64,000 nucleotides of DNA from Macrostomum lignano (Eukaryota): NCBI GenBank assembly GCA_002269645.1, contig NIVC01000390.1:1-64000 (forward strand), given 5' to 3'. This document shows positions 24,076 through 37,600 of the stretch, piece after piece. The position numbers and the translations under genes were made by a program. Numbering within the stretch: position 1 is the first letter of the stretch; each line of letters starts with the position of its first letter. The notes under the pieces were generated by a model. It was not told the origin of the DNA. It did no database searches and saw only the letters and a program-made list of their open reading frames with translations.

Positions 24076-27000
24076 ATCTAAAAATCATACCGGTAAAATC
24101 TAATTTGGCATAGAATTTTAACAAGTTGATGTATAAAATATTAGGGCTGCCGCTACTAGCGCAGTTCACGGCTAATCTGCACCGCTCCGCTGCATGCAAG
24201 CCAATTGGGCTGAAAATTAACCCGGTAATTGAACCCGCCTTTTCGTTCTTGAACAGGCTGCGGGGCATCTTTCTCACCTTACTATAGAAGCAACCATGAG
24301 ACAGACAGAGGGATGAAGACAAATGCATAGAGGTGTCAGGTGCATAAAAGCGAAGCGACGCGCCGCCTTGCCGCCTCCCCACACCGGCCCCCTGTTTTCA
24401 CTGCAAACACCGCAGACTGCAATCCGAGCTCTTCACGCCACCAGCCCCTGGTCTTTAGAACGATTCGTCTTATAAGTCACAAGGCAAAGTCTCCCCACGT
24501 TTCGCCCAATGAATTCGGATTTACATCCGGTGTGTAGGTGAGGGTGAATGTTTTTTGAAAGTCGAGACGCCACTGGCATTTTTTTCAAGCCGCGCGCGAT
24601 CCTCATCAAGCGACGCGTATCTGCACAGCCATCTATCCCATTAACGACTGCGATGCGTCTTGCCACCCAGTCTGTTCCCTTAGATCTTCATTCCCCCATC
24701 CCTGACGACTGGGCACAGCCTGGAGACAGAGCTACCTAGCTACCTGTACCTCGTTAGCGCGGGCATCTTCATCTGGCTCCTTGCCCCGCATGGCCTATAG
24801 GCAGGGCCACTAACCGATCAGCCTCCTCATGATGTCAAAAAACCCTGGCTCTACCGATGCCTAGGATTGCCAGGGGCTTGATCCCTTGGGATTCCTTGGC
24901 GGAGAACAAGGTGACAAAATAGCTCCCTTGTTCCACTTGGATGCCAGTTTCCCCATTATGCAGGGACGGCGCCTCCCTGATCTCCAGGGAGCGACATCGG
25001 CTGCATGCAAAGCCGCCATCGGCGCCGTCTTCACACGTGTCTCGGCTGACAAGCAGTAGCGGCAAGAAAAGAAGGCGGAGAGAAGAAATTAAAAGAAGAA
25101 AGCAAGGAAGAAACAAACTTGAAGCCTTGTAAGGCGGTCAGAGATAGCAAAGCGCTAACAACAAGGGCGGGGACCACGACGAAGTGCTCACTGACTATCC
25201 AGTCACTGTCGGGATCGGGAATGGAAAGAGAAGATTTAACGAAAGTGGGGTGGGGCCGAGAATCCTGAGCAAACACGCCAGGTGTGATTGCTCTCTCAGG
25301 GCGTGGAGCTCAGCTCAAACTGCTAACCTACACCCCTGAGCACACAACCGCGCGCGCCCCTGCACTGGCGATCCCAAATTCAGGCGCCCAATAATTGTCT
25401 CATCCAAACCAGGGGAACAGAGAGAGAGAGGGAGGAAAGCAGAGTAGAAATGGCAGCACATTCTGCTATATCAGCTATGTCAGCTCACTTTCCCCTGCCT
25501 CAGCTCAGTGGCCCCACACGCTGCCAGGTGCACTGTCTCCCCAGCCGTACTCAGTACTCCCCCTCACTCTAAAAACTTTTCTCCAAGATCGGGAAAGCAA
25601 GGCCAATGCTAGGCATAGGAACATAGAAAAGTTTTAAGAGAAGATTATTCATTGTCTTGACATTGGGGAGAGCAGTCTATAGTTTTACTCAGAAAATTGC
25701 TACACCCAGTTTTTAATATCTGTTTGCTGTCTGTCAAATAGATTGTGTACTGGGGTAATGCTTTCATTTAGGTGACGTAGCGAGGTCTAATTGCTGCAGA
25801 TCAGCCATGTAGCAGACAAACACCCAAATACTCAGGTAAGCCCAGTGCATTTTACCCCGGCATGACTATTAACTGGCAACAGCAGGAGTGCAGACTTAGC
25901 AAACACGTCAAACACTCCCTCTAGCCCCCCCCCCTCTCCTGCATCCACGCTCTCCCGCCTTTCTCTCTACAGCGTCAGTCAAATGGGTCAGAATGCTATC
26001 TGCAATGCTACAGACAAAATTGTGTGAAAGATGGAAGCCAGAAAAGCTTGACTGACTCACTTTCTAATTATGGTGAGCACACCATTAGGAAGTCTTTCGC
26101 GCACTCTTCAATACTACAGGAAGAGCTCTGTTTATTAAGTATGAAAATTCAGTCGCCGCCCCTTCAGCTGCTCCGCATGTATGGCATGGCTGAGCGTTTT
26201 GCACGGGCGCCACTTCAGTTTCCAAATTGGATAGAGTTGCAGTCCTGCTTCACCTGTGCACCGGGAGTCCCTCCTCCCCAATGCAGCTCATACAGGGCGC
26301 TCAACCCATAGCCACATGTGGGGACTAACAATAGCCAGGAGACTATTATTTCCTGCTAGTATAATAGTATCAAAGTGAAAGCAGCTCTCAGAGGATCCCC
26401 GTGGACTCAATCACTCTTCTTTGAGAAGAAGTGAGGGTTGGGAGAGCAAATCTGACTCACTATATTCTTGAGTAGTCTCATTAGTATCATTCTTATATGC
26501 TCCGAAGGTAATCGGCAGCTCTAAAATGCAGACTTGGAAAAAAAAGTTCACAAATGCATTGCGTGCAAGTGGGGAGGCACAGATGGCAGATAGGAGCAGC
26601 GGCTGAGAACAGGGGATTAGGAGCTGAAAGCGGTCAGGAAGGGCAAATGACAGGAGAGCAGCTAAAGCCTATATAAGGGTTTAAGAAACTTTCTCTCTCT
26701 TATGCATATTATTTCTGCTTTTTCTTAACAAAACCGACCCCGCCCCTTCAGCTTGAAGATTGCGAGCTCATTAAGCAGACAGTGACAGTGGGGCTCCTCC
26801 CACTGACTGATGATGCTTAATAGCACCGAGGGGGTTCCACACCCCGGCTTTCTCGCATAATGATGAGGCACAAGTTTGAGAGGCGCGCGTGCGGAGGCCT
26901 GAAATCAAAAGGGCTGCGAGATTGCGAAGAAATAATGGGGCAAATGATAGAAAAAAGGTGCGAATGAAGCGGACAGGAAGAGATTAAAAAAAGAAAGAGG

Positions 27001-27699
27001 GCGTCGCAGTCTATAAAAAAGTTGCTACATGACTTCGCATGCGGAAATTTGCGATGCTCTGTAGAGACCCCGAAAGGCAGCAGCTCCACGAGCTCCGCGT
27101 GGGGTCTCCTGGGCTCCAACTCAATAAAACAGACTTAGCGAAAATTGCAGGCAGCTGGGCCGAGTAACTTTTTTTAGTTTTACAGTCCTCATCCAACTGT
27201 ATGGAGTGACCGACTCAAAGGCGGTGAGCACAATAGAATGACATGGAGTTGGACACTTCGTTAAAAACAGCCTTCTTCACAGATGAACTGCGACAGGCCT
27301 GCAGTGTCAGTGCAGCGCATTTTCGTCTCCAAATTTCAGGCCAGCTGTCGCAGCTTTCATTGAGTCTCTGCTGAATAAAATAAAAATAACAAAACTCAAC
27401 CAGGGTGCGCAGTTTTCTCTTTGAACCGAACACCGTCTCCTTCGAGCATTCGGTCGAGTTTGAGACTAAACTCAGACTTTTGCAAACTTTTGGTTTTGCG
27501 TCTTAATAATAAAAACTGACTGAAGAGACTTCCTAAGAGAGATGAGAGGCCAAAGACAGAGAATACGACAGAAATAATTCACCCTTCTGCTTCTAATTTC
27601 ACTAGGTGGTATGGAAGGGTGAAGCAAGGCCTGCAGAGGTTTACAGCAACAGGGTTTGTACTTGCCACAAACAGATCAAGAAAAATGTTAATACCACTA

Positions 27700-28011
27700 A
27701 TAATATTGAATAATAATTTATTACACCTATACCCCAATTGGGCCAGATGTGCAACCGACAGCTCAGCCGCAGCTATTGCGCGGCGCATCTGAAGGCTGCG
27801 TACGGCTGTTCAGTCCAAGGACTGGGGGGTCGCCACACACACCCTCAATTACCCCAGCTAATGCTGGCACCCATTTTACAGCTGGGTGAACTGAAGCAAT
27901 GCAGAGTTAAGTATCTTGCTCAAGGATACAATTTGTTTCAGAGGGATCAGGAATCGAACTCCGGGCCTTCAATTAGTGAGTCCGACGCTCTGACCACTAG
28001 GCTACAACTCC
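27700..28011 (-). mobile_element. tRNA-derived SINE (family A), near full length
   Basis: The minus strand reads GGAGTTGTAGCCTAGTGG (A-box)..GAGTTCGATTCC (B-box)..TGTATCCTTGAGCAAGATACTTAAC..CCCAGCTGTAAAATGGGTGCC, ending in an ATT-rich tail. Homologous to 9911-10110. Confidence 0.85.
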
Positions 28012-30324
28012 AAGGCAGACACGCCAAACACATGCCAAAAGAAGGGGCTGTAGCCTAATACCAAACGATCCAGAGTCTCACTGTATTAAAAGACCTTAAG
28101 TTTTGCTTCAGTAAAAACGCCCTTTCTCGTTCAGTTCATCAATGTGCCTCGATACAATCTCTCACTCAACCAAACTTCCTTGCCAATTAATAATCATATT
28201 TCGTCGTGTCAGTGGCATTAATTGGGCAAACTTAGATGACAGATGAAACCCTTCCAAGCCAATATGCATCACTGATTTAGTTAGTGGTGAGTTTTGACTT
28301 TGGGTTACAATAGTCAATGCTTTATTTTGCTTGTTACAAAGCTTAGAATCTTTCTACAAAGTAATGTACATATTTGGTAGATTGGTAGTTAGTGGAATAT
28401 CATGGCGAGCTCGTACTTCGCAAGGCATTGGCTTATCCATTATTGATTTTGCGTCGCAGTTAAAGTGCGCAAGAATATAGCTGGGTAGTAATTTTTTATA
28501 ACAGGGTTAAAATGAGCTGCTAGATGGCTCTAGTAAATAGAAGATATACATATAATCGAAGCATTAACGCATTTATAAATGCATATTAGAAAATTTCACC
28601 TTTTTCCTCCGCGATCTGACAAATTTCTCGGCCAATGCAGGAGGAAACTGCGCATTATTTCTGGCTAATACAGATGATAGACACTTTTATATATGCGCAG
28701 AACAGAAGGATATGCAGATGTGTGCTTTTTTGCCGAAATTTTGCAATATGGAATACAGTGCGATAAAATTTATACTGGCTATTTAGACCTCTGTAGCTTT
28801 ATTGATAGCATATATTGATTCAGTGAAATGCGAATGGAATGGTTAATGTAAACAGTTGCCAGGCATAGGAGTTTTGAGAATATTGCAATTTTTACCACTC
28901 CACTAGAAGGTGCGAACTGAGGCGGACAATTGACTGAGCAAATATTCAAATAAGATTCCAAGGTCTGGCTGTCTCACTATGAAATCTTGGTTTTGTCTCT
29001 AGGCCGGCGCCTGTTTGTCCTGTATCAATACAGGATGGCTATTGCTGGGCATTGGGCCTTGTAGATTTAATTAGCAAATAAAGACACTTCATTGACCGCT
29101 CCTGATCGCAGAAGCAATTATTTGGCATACGTTGCAGTAGTATCTAGGCGGCAGGAGTCTGGGAGAGGGGGGGGGATTCCTGCTCCAAGCCCTTCCCATT
29201 CTTGATCGATATGGTCCTACACTTCTCCCTCGCCCTTGCTCAGTCTCTCTCCATCTCTCCTTCTCTCTGAAAATTTGAGAGCCCCTTAATTGCCATTCCT
29301 CTTTAAAACCAATGGAGAACCTTGGGATTTTCAATGTCTAAATGGGACGCCCTGCATGGTCACGGCTGTCACAGAATTATAAGGCCGAAGCATCTCCCTC
29401 TCTAGTAGCTCACCCTGCATGCTCTGTGATCAGTCAGGCAGTCAAGGTCACGGCATGGGGTCGCGGTCAGATCTTCGACCCGGAATGCCAGCCCCGCCCC
29501 CTGAGCTGGGGGAGGTCGGGGTGACAGATCCCAAATCTCACGGCCCCGACACTTCTGCCTGTCTCAGCCTCTCAGTCTCTTTCGCCTTCAGCTGTTCTCA
29601 TTAAGTATTTTTTTGTTTAAAATTCAGTTAGTTCCTGGGTCACTTGAGTTCGCGGTCCGTCTCTCTAGAAGTATAATTAACTTCAGCCCAGCCTGGCATG
29701 CAGCCTCTCTCCTGTCTCACTTTCTCTCCATCAATCGCCCGGTTGCACAAGTCACATCTATTTCAGCGAATCGATTTCTCTGTTGCTGTCTCATATAGTC
29801 TTTTATTAGGGGAGCGAAGCAGACGATGGCTGATTTCCTCTGTTATTTTTCTATGCCTAATCGGAGATTAATGACCCGGATAGATTTAGCAATGATGGCT
29901 CTGTGCCATGAAATTCATTGCATTTTTATGTCGTGCAAATTTTTGCTTTATAAATCTACATGCAGCTAATTGAGGCGAATTGTTCAAGATGCGCAGAAAA
30001 TGAAAGAGGCAAGAAAGTCTCTATCAGACAGGCGCACGGGGTTCTGTCCACTTGGTAAGCAGCTGCGTCAGGTATGCAGCCTTTTGATTTACAGCCCCCA
30101 TTAACCTGTTAGCTACTCTGTCTCCGGGCAAGGATTGGGGCGCTGTGTTCCGCTAAAAGAGAACAATTATGTTACTTAAAACAACAATGACAAATAATAG
30201 CCATCGCGGAGACAAATTAGGCAACAATTGAGCTAATTAGTAAGCGTGTGTGGTTCTTGGCAAATTTCTTCAGAGCTGCTTCCATGAGAAATCATAGGAA
30301 TAATGACTGATGAGGAGAATTAGT

Positions 30325-30765
30325 GTGGTTGAGAGGGAAGAGGGAGAAAGGAAGAAGAAGAGACGAGAGAGGGGAAGAGAGAGGGGAGAGAGAGAGGGGA
30401 AAGAGAGAGAGGGCGATGGGAAGGACAGAGGGGGAGGGCATGGAGGGAGAGGGTGATGGGATGGAGAAAGAGAGGAGAGAGGAAGGTAAGAGAGGAGAGG
30501 GGAAGGAGAGAGAGGGAGAGGGAAGGTGAGAAAAGGAGAGGGAAGGAGAGAGAGGGAGAGGGAAGGAGAGAGAGAGGGAAGGAGAGAGAGGGAGAGGGAA
30601 GGAGAGAGAGAGAGGGAAGGAGAGAGAGGGAGAGGGAAGGAGAGAGAGGTAGAGGGAAGGAGAGAGGAGAAGGAGGGATAGGAGAGGGAAGGAGTCAGGA
30701 GAAGGAGGGATAGGACAGGATAGAGATAAGTGAAAACAAAGGAGAGAAGAGGGAAGACACAAGAG
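30325..30765 (+). repeat. GA-rich homopurine low-complexity tract
   Basis: Almost exclusively G/A for about 440 bp. Confidence 0.95.
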
Positions 30766-32138
30766 AGGGAGATGAGAACCCAAGACAAATAAGTCAGTGA
30801 TGAATAATTTGAGGTGCAACTCTGCAAAGCCCACAGGCGAAACTGCATACGGGATGGCGGGTTGTCTCAGTTTGCGTATTGAAGAGACCCCACTCCAGAC
30901 TCTGGGAAAAGTCGAAGACACCAGGCACCGGATTTCAACTTCAAAGGAGATACCGGAGGGGGTGGGGCTCGCTGGATCTGCAGACCGCCAATTTGCCCTA
31001 GATTGTGCCGCCTGCAAATCTAATAGCCTTTACCAGTCTCCCTTCCTGTCTCCACCCCAAGGCGCTCCATCGTTCCAGAACTTTCCAGGCCGTCCCAGCA
31101 GCCACTCGAATGCTCGGTCTACGCCGTGATTGCGTCATCGTTCTGGCTGGGAGGCGGGGTAGGCCCCACCCTTCACACTTGACAATTTCAGCTGATTACC
31201 GGAGGGCCCTGTCAGGCTGCAAGCTGCGGGGTCGCGAACTGACGAACTGGCTCAGACAGATATATAGGCTAGGAATGAAGACATTTGCATTGACGCAGCT
31301 GCGGCCCTCACGCCGGAATATTGGGATGAAGCTCAAAGAAAATTTATTCACTTATCGCCGTCTCCTCCCCCCGCTAACCCTATACTCTAATTCTTCTATC
31401 TATTTATCCTCTCCCCCATTCTAGTAGCTGTCACATCCCATTCTCTATTCTGAGATTTGGGGCCAGCTTCCCCTGTACGGCTTCAGTGGGGATTGACGCC
31501 GCCTCTGCCTGTCAAACTTGAAGAGACCCCCCCTGGCAGGCAAACAGACAGACAGACTTGGAGTTAGATGACTACACTGTAGACCTTGAGAGCATTCTTG
31601 AGCGGCGTATTGACAAAAAAATATATAAATATGCTGATTCATTATTCGGATCGCCAAAAGCCTTCTCGAGTAAAGATCAACCGGCAGAAAGACTCTTCCG
31701 CAGCCCTCACCCCGGAAGCAGACTCTCTAACTAATGCTTCGAATGTAAAAAAACCAGAGAAGAGGCCTTTTGAGTAGAGCCGCTGCGGCATCAGCTGTGG
31801 GAGGTTTGTTCGACTGTGGCTGGTCGATTTTACGCTCAGCCGGTGGGAGAGTGGCAAAAACCGACTGCTCCGTACCGCATTCTCTTCTTTCTTCATCTTT
31901 ATATTTTGCCGCCCACTTTTTGCCCGAACGAATCACTAAAATTCAGCCCGAGTTTGACAGAGAGGAAACTGAGCCGTGTACTCAGGGCTGGAGTTCTTTT
32001 TAGCCCCCAAGAATTGAAATTGCTATTCAACTTTCATTCTGGCTTAATATTCACGCTTCATCAGGTCTTCATCAGGCTGATGCCGCTGCAAGATGCTGGT
32101 GTTCATTTTCCGCCAAAAACTCTCACTAGCCTCCCTTG

Positions 32139-32592
32139 GGAGAGAGGAGAGGAGAGGAAGAGGAGAGATGAGAGGAGAGAGGAGACAGGGGGAGGAGAGA
32201 GGAGAGAGAGAGGAGAGAGGAGAGAGGAGAGAGGAGAGAGGAGAGAGGAGAGAGGAGAGAGGAGAGAGGAGAGAGGAGAGAGGAGACAGAGAGTGGAGGA
32301 GAGAGTAGAGGGAGGGGAGGGAGGAGAGTTGAGAGAAGAGAGGGGAGGGAGAAGAGAGGAGAGAGGAGAGAGGAGAGAGGAGGGAGAAGAGAGGAGAGAG
32401 GAGGGAGAAGAGAGGAGAGAGGAGGGAGGAGAGAGGAGAGAGGAGGGAGGAGAGAGGAGAGAGGAGGGAGGAGAGAGGAGAGAGGAAGGAAGAGGGAGAG
32501 AGAGTGTAGGAGAGAGTAGAGGGAGGGGAGGGAGGAGAATTGAGAGAGGAGAGGAGAGAGGAGAAGAGAGGAGAGAGGAGAGAGGGAGGGAC
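32139..32592 (+). repeat. (GAGAG)n / GA-rich homopurine tract
   Basis: Direct observation. Confidence 0.95.
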
Positions 32593-34249
32593 GAGACTGC
32601 AGCATACTCATACACGGCACGTGAAGCTGCAATGCTATCTGCATCCTTATTGACATCTCAGCAAAATCGCTGCTGCCCCATAATGATGATCCTTGCAACT
32701 TTGAGGGCGCCCCCCCCCCGAGTCAGGAGCTCTTTGATTCGCAATTCTCCCTGTGCCGAGTGAGTCACTCCCTATACAGCTTCTGTCTCTGCAGATGCCG
32801 CCACCTAAGCCACACTGTTGCATCACCCCCTGCGCCTCTTTTATATTTATACTGTGCCTCATTTTTGCTTGCTCAGGCCTACTGGCCTATGCTAAAGATG
32901 GGCAAAAAAGCCACGGCAAAAAAGAAGAGAATTGAAATGAAAAGAGGAAGAAGTTCAATCTTTGACCTCTTTCCCTCCTGGCTTCAGTCCTGTTCCTTTC
33001 TTGCCTTTCGATTACAGTTTCTCAGTACGCGAGGCCGCCAAGGGCTTCAACTGGGTTCAGTCAGTTTTTCGTTCTTTTTTTTAATTTCCATAATTGGCCA
33101 ACCGAAATTCTCTCCTCAGAATATTTATAAAAGCGTATTTCTGTGGCCTTCTAACTCCCCACCATGTGGTAGCCGCTCTGCAGAATAGTAAATAATTGGC
33201 TAAGGGTCTCTGATCCTCCCCCCCCCACAAATTTGAGCAACCATCGATCGAATGGGGGAGTAGCGGGGTACCGATGCGTGAGCTGAGCAGTTTATTGAGC
33301 TCGAAGCCTGACCACCGAGCTGACTACAACTACTCGAAGTTGCGTCACGCACAGCAGCTACTGTTTTTGGCTTGGACCTCAACCATAATGGTATTTTTCA
33401 ATTCGTTTTGCCGCGCGGACACTTTGCATAAGAAGCTTTTCCTTGTTCCTATACGCGGGCATCTGGTAAAACTCAGTCCAACATTTCACTCACTCTCTCT
33501 CTCCCTCTGTGTGTTTTTCTAACGGCCTCCTGCAGATCCCCATGAGAGAGCGATGGGTGATTATCTGCTCGTAGTTTTTATCCCTTTACTCATGCTACTC
33601 AGTCAGTCAGCCATCCCCGGCCGGGGCTTCAACCGCTTCAGATAAGGCTACTAAAAAGGGGCCGGGGACACACTCCGCAATTCTAGTTACGCAATCAATT
33701 AAAGAAACTTATTAGTTTTGACGCTATAAATCAATTTTAATATAGGTGTTTGTTGACATACCCTCGATATCTGTGATGGCTGATTTATTGGTCGAATGTT
33801 GATAAGAATTTCTTGCAATATCACTAGAAATTTCTGAGAAGCAGAAGCTAAAAGTTGACCCCAGATTCCGGTATAGGTGAATTTCTAATGGATCCTTGAT
33901 GACGCATTGATCTGGGGGTGGACGACAATAACTAGCATACACACTAACAATTAACCATCTGAGAAATGGAGGCTCTCTGTGGCTTCTCCACTTCAGGTTC
34001 AACAAAAGGTTTGGATGCTGGCTCTGCCGGAAGCTGACAAAAGCTGCTGGTCGATGGTTGACGCTGGAGTCGGAATAGAGCCAGGGGGGATCTTAGAAGA
34101 TGAGCTTGGGAGCCTGAGTGGCTAACCTATGGATTGAGAAGTCAATTGCATTGTCCGGCCTGGCAACTAGATTTTATAGATTATGAATCAGTAAATAATT
34201 ACTGCCTGACCCATACGTCAATAGGCCTATTATAGTCTGTAATTGTAGC

Positions 34250-34630
34250 CCCTAGCCCAGTCAAAGCTGGCATTAGCCCACAGCCCAGTCAAAGCTGGCA
34301 TTAGCCCACAGCCCAGTCAAAGCTGGCATTAGCCCACAGCCCAGTCAAAGCTGGCATTAGCCCACAGCCCAGTCAAAGCTGGCATTAGCCCACAGCCTAG
34401 TCAAAGCTGGCATTAGCCCACAGCCCAGTCAAAGCTGGCATTAGCCCACAGCCCAGTCAAAGCTGGCATTAGCCCACAGCCCAGTCAAAGCTGGCATTAG
34501 CCCACAGCCCAGTCAAAGCTGGCATTAGCCCAGTCTAGCTGGCATTAGCCCAGCCTAAGCTGGCATCAGCCCAGTCTAAGCTGGCATTAGCCCAGTCTAA
34601 GCTGGCATTAGCCCAGTCTAGCTGGCATCA
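34250..34630. repeat. 28-bp minisatellite (CAGCCCAGTCAAAGCTGGCATTAGCCCA) grading into a ~21-bp unit, ending about 45 nt before Fat exon 3
   Basis: Direct tandem repetition. Confidence 0.95.
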
Positions 34631-34672
34631 TCCCACGCCGCTTCTCAAGCCCACTTAACTTAATCCTTTCAG

Positions 34673-34886
34673 GTGTACATCATCGTCAAAGACGTCAACG
34701 ACTCTCCACCGGTTGTGTCAGCCAGCACTCTTGAGGTGCAGCTGCCAGATGACGAGGCCGACGCCGACTCCAGCTGGCCGATCCCGCTGGCTCAGGCCGC
34801 GGCCAGCGACCCGGACGACGAGGACTCGCTGAAGTGGCGCACTGTGGGAGACAGCTGGCCAGAGGTGGCGGTGCAGGAGCGGACAG
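34673..34886 (+). CDS. FAT4: Fat cadherin exon 3
   Basis: Acceptor TTTCAG and donor G|GTGAGA. Reads VYIIVKDVNDSPP...AASDPDD, phase 0/1. Confidence 0.92.
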
Positions 34887-34967
34887 GTGAGAGAAGAAAT
34901 TGGTCATCTAATCTGTCATTTTTTATCCTTCGCTAATGCTTGTGCGTCTCCGTGTGTGCGCTCTTAT

Positions 34968-35270
34968 CTGTATGGACTTGCGCGCTTATGTACGGACTTG
35001 CGCGCTTATATATGGACTTGCGCGCTTATGTATGGACTTGCGCGCTTATGTATGGACTTGCGCGCTTATGTATGGACTTGCGCGCTTATGTATGGACTTG
35101 CGCGCTTATGTATGGACTTGCGCGCTTATGTATGGACTTGCGCGCTTATGTATGGACTTGCGCGCTTATGTATGGACTTGCGCGCTTATGTATGGACTTG
35201 CGCGCTTATGTATGGACTTGCGCGCTTATGTATGGACTTGCGCGCTTATGTATGGACTTGCGCGCTTATG
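34968..35270. repeat. 20-bp minisatellite, about 15 near-identical units (TATGGACTTGCGCGCTTATG)
   Basis: Direct tandem repetition. Confidence 0.97.
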
Positions 35271-36395
35271 CTAGTATTCCTCGGTAGAGAGTTGCGTGCC
35301 TATCCCAAAGCGCGCTTATGCCAGTGTGCGCCTGAGTCGGTGAAGGCTTAAACGTATTCTAAATGCGCGCTTATATTTCTACTCGCGTTGAAAACCAGCA
35401 AAACGGCATTGAAATGGTTGTTTTAAAAAATCGAGTATAAAGCTTGATAGTTTCCAGTACCGATGGCCTTATCCCGCACAGACCCCCTCTTGACCTCTCG
35501 ACACGCGACAGAGCCTCGTGAAATTCTACATTGAATAATAGTTCCACAATAAGTTGAGAAATACCAGCTCGCAGCCGGGGTGAAAAAAGCAGAGCAAAAA
35601 ATATGAAAAAAACAGTTTTGTTTCCTCTCTCAGCCAGCCCCTCCCAGATGTCACGCCTCCACACCACTCCGTCCCTGTTCTGTCTCTTAAACAGAGGCCT
35701 AGCCCTAACCTAAACCCAGGCCAGGCCGTTTTAATACGCAAGTTCTTGTTTGGCAAAGTTTTCTACTCACTATGGGCTTAACTAAAAGCGGCGCAGGAAC
35801 AATGCCCACCCCCTCACACCCGCAGCTCCTCTCTTGTGTGGAGAAGAGCTTAGGACTTGGGAGGGTAGGGAGGGAGACGGGGGGTAGTTAGAGACTGGAG
35901 TGTTGGCGACTCCGCCCACTTCCATAGCTCCCGGTTCCTCATTATTTGGTGCAGATGGGGTAACTTTTTTCGTTACTACACTTGAATGGCCCCCGCGGCT
36001 CCATTCTCCATTGTGCAGCCTGCGCCGGAGTCCTCCCGGATGCAGTGTTTTTCAGGACCAGAGGGTAGTGGCGCACAGTTTTGCATCCGCGACGCTTTCT
36101 ACTCTGAAACTTGGAATCTTCCCCTTTGCAGCATCCCCCCAAACCCGAGGAGAGGAGGCGAGAGAGAACGGAAGCGAGCAAAACTGGCATAACACTCTTT
36201 GGGGATATGCACTCTTTGCTGCTGTCAATAAGTGTTGAGCCCTGCCCATCTGCTTCTCTATTTTTGAGAGCTGAGTAAACCCGTTGGTCTGGTGCGATTC
36301 AACCTACATTACTAGTTTAGCCGTATTAAAATACCATTTTTGCACTATGAGGCCTTCTGTCAGATGGGATCATTTTGATCATTAGTTCAATCTGG

Positions 36396-36500
36396 GCATG
36401 AGTTCATATTGATCATTGGACCAATGGTCATGAGTTCATATTGATTATTGGACCAATCTGGTCATGAGTTCATATTGGTCATTGGACCAATCTGGTCGTA
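36396..36500. repeat. Three ~33-bp tandem units (CATGAGTTCATATTGATCATTGGACCAATCTGGT-like) upstream of Fat exon 4
   Basis: Direct observation. Confidence 0.75.
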
Positions 36501-36571
36501 AAATCAATTCGATCATCTACTGAAAATTCGCTCCCTAGCAACCAGCGCAAATGCCGTCACCTCTTCTGCAG

Positions 36572-37105
36572 GCCTCCTGACTTTGGTGTCCAGGCCGCCA
36601 GCGGATGCCGCCCAGTCTCGGCCGCAGCTGCAGCTGGAGGTCTCGGACTCGCTTCGCCACGTTGACCGGGTCCTTGTCCGTTTTCTCGACTCGTCGTCTC
36701 AGCGCCGGCGTCGACGACCGACCTTCCAGACCGCAAACTCAACTACGCCGAGTTTCAGCATCACGGAAGGCGCTCCGCCTGGCAGTCTGGTTGGCCGTCT
36801 GGCCACCGTAGAGGCCGCCAGCTTCCGCCTGTTGATGCCGATCGGGGCACCGTTCGACCTAGATTCGCGATGGGGCATCCTGCGCACCAGGGCTCGACTC
36901 GACTACGAGACTCGAACTCATTACCTGTTGGTTGCCGTGGCAACCGATTCGGAAAGCGGTCTGACGTCAACAACGGAATTTGTTGTCAACGTGCTGGACG
37001 AGAATGACAACCAGCCGCAGTGCCGATTGGCCGCCTTCGAGGCTACCGTGGCAGCGCCGGGACAAGCTGACGATGTCCTGCTGACTGTGCAGGCCGATGA
37101 TGCAG
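36572..37105 (+). CDS. FAT4: Fat cadherin exon 4
   Basis: Acceptor CTGCAG and donor G|GTGAGA. Contains LDYETRTHYLLVAVATD and VLDENDNQP, phase 1/1. Confidence 0.93.
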
Positions 37106-37169
37106 GTGAGAGGAGTCTGCAGATGCAGCGTAGCGTGGTGCGGAATTATAAGCCTTAAGCAACGATACG

Positions 37170-37600
37170 GTAGATTGTAGATAGTAGAGAGTAAACTGCA
37201 GGCAGCAGTAGGATAGACTGTAGACCGTAGATAAAAGACCATAGACTAGACAGAATCAACTAGGGAAGGGTAGATTGTAGGCAGTAGAGAGTAGGGTGTA
37301 GACAGTAGCTAGACAGTCGAGGAGAGGCCTAGAATTTCAACATTCGATGAAGGAATGTAGATAGTGGAAGGTAGAATATCTACTCGTACCTTCTATTATC
37401 TGCCCTACACTCTATGCAGTGTCTGCTATGCACTCTCCTACAGTGGAGACAGTAGGGTAAACTGTAGATAGTAGGGTAGACTGTAGACAGTAGGGTAGAC
37501 TGTAGACTTTAGGGTAGACTGTAGACTTTAGGGTAGACTGTAGACAGTAGGGTAGACTGTAGACAGTAGAGTAAACTGTAGACGGTAGGGTATACTTTAG
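37170..37600. repeat. Degenerate ~19-bp repeat (GTAGACAGTAGGGTAGACT)
   Basis: Direct observation. Clearest at 37450-37600. Confidence 0.8.
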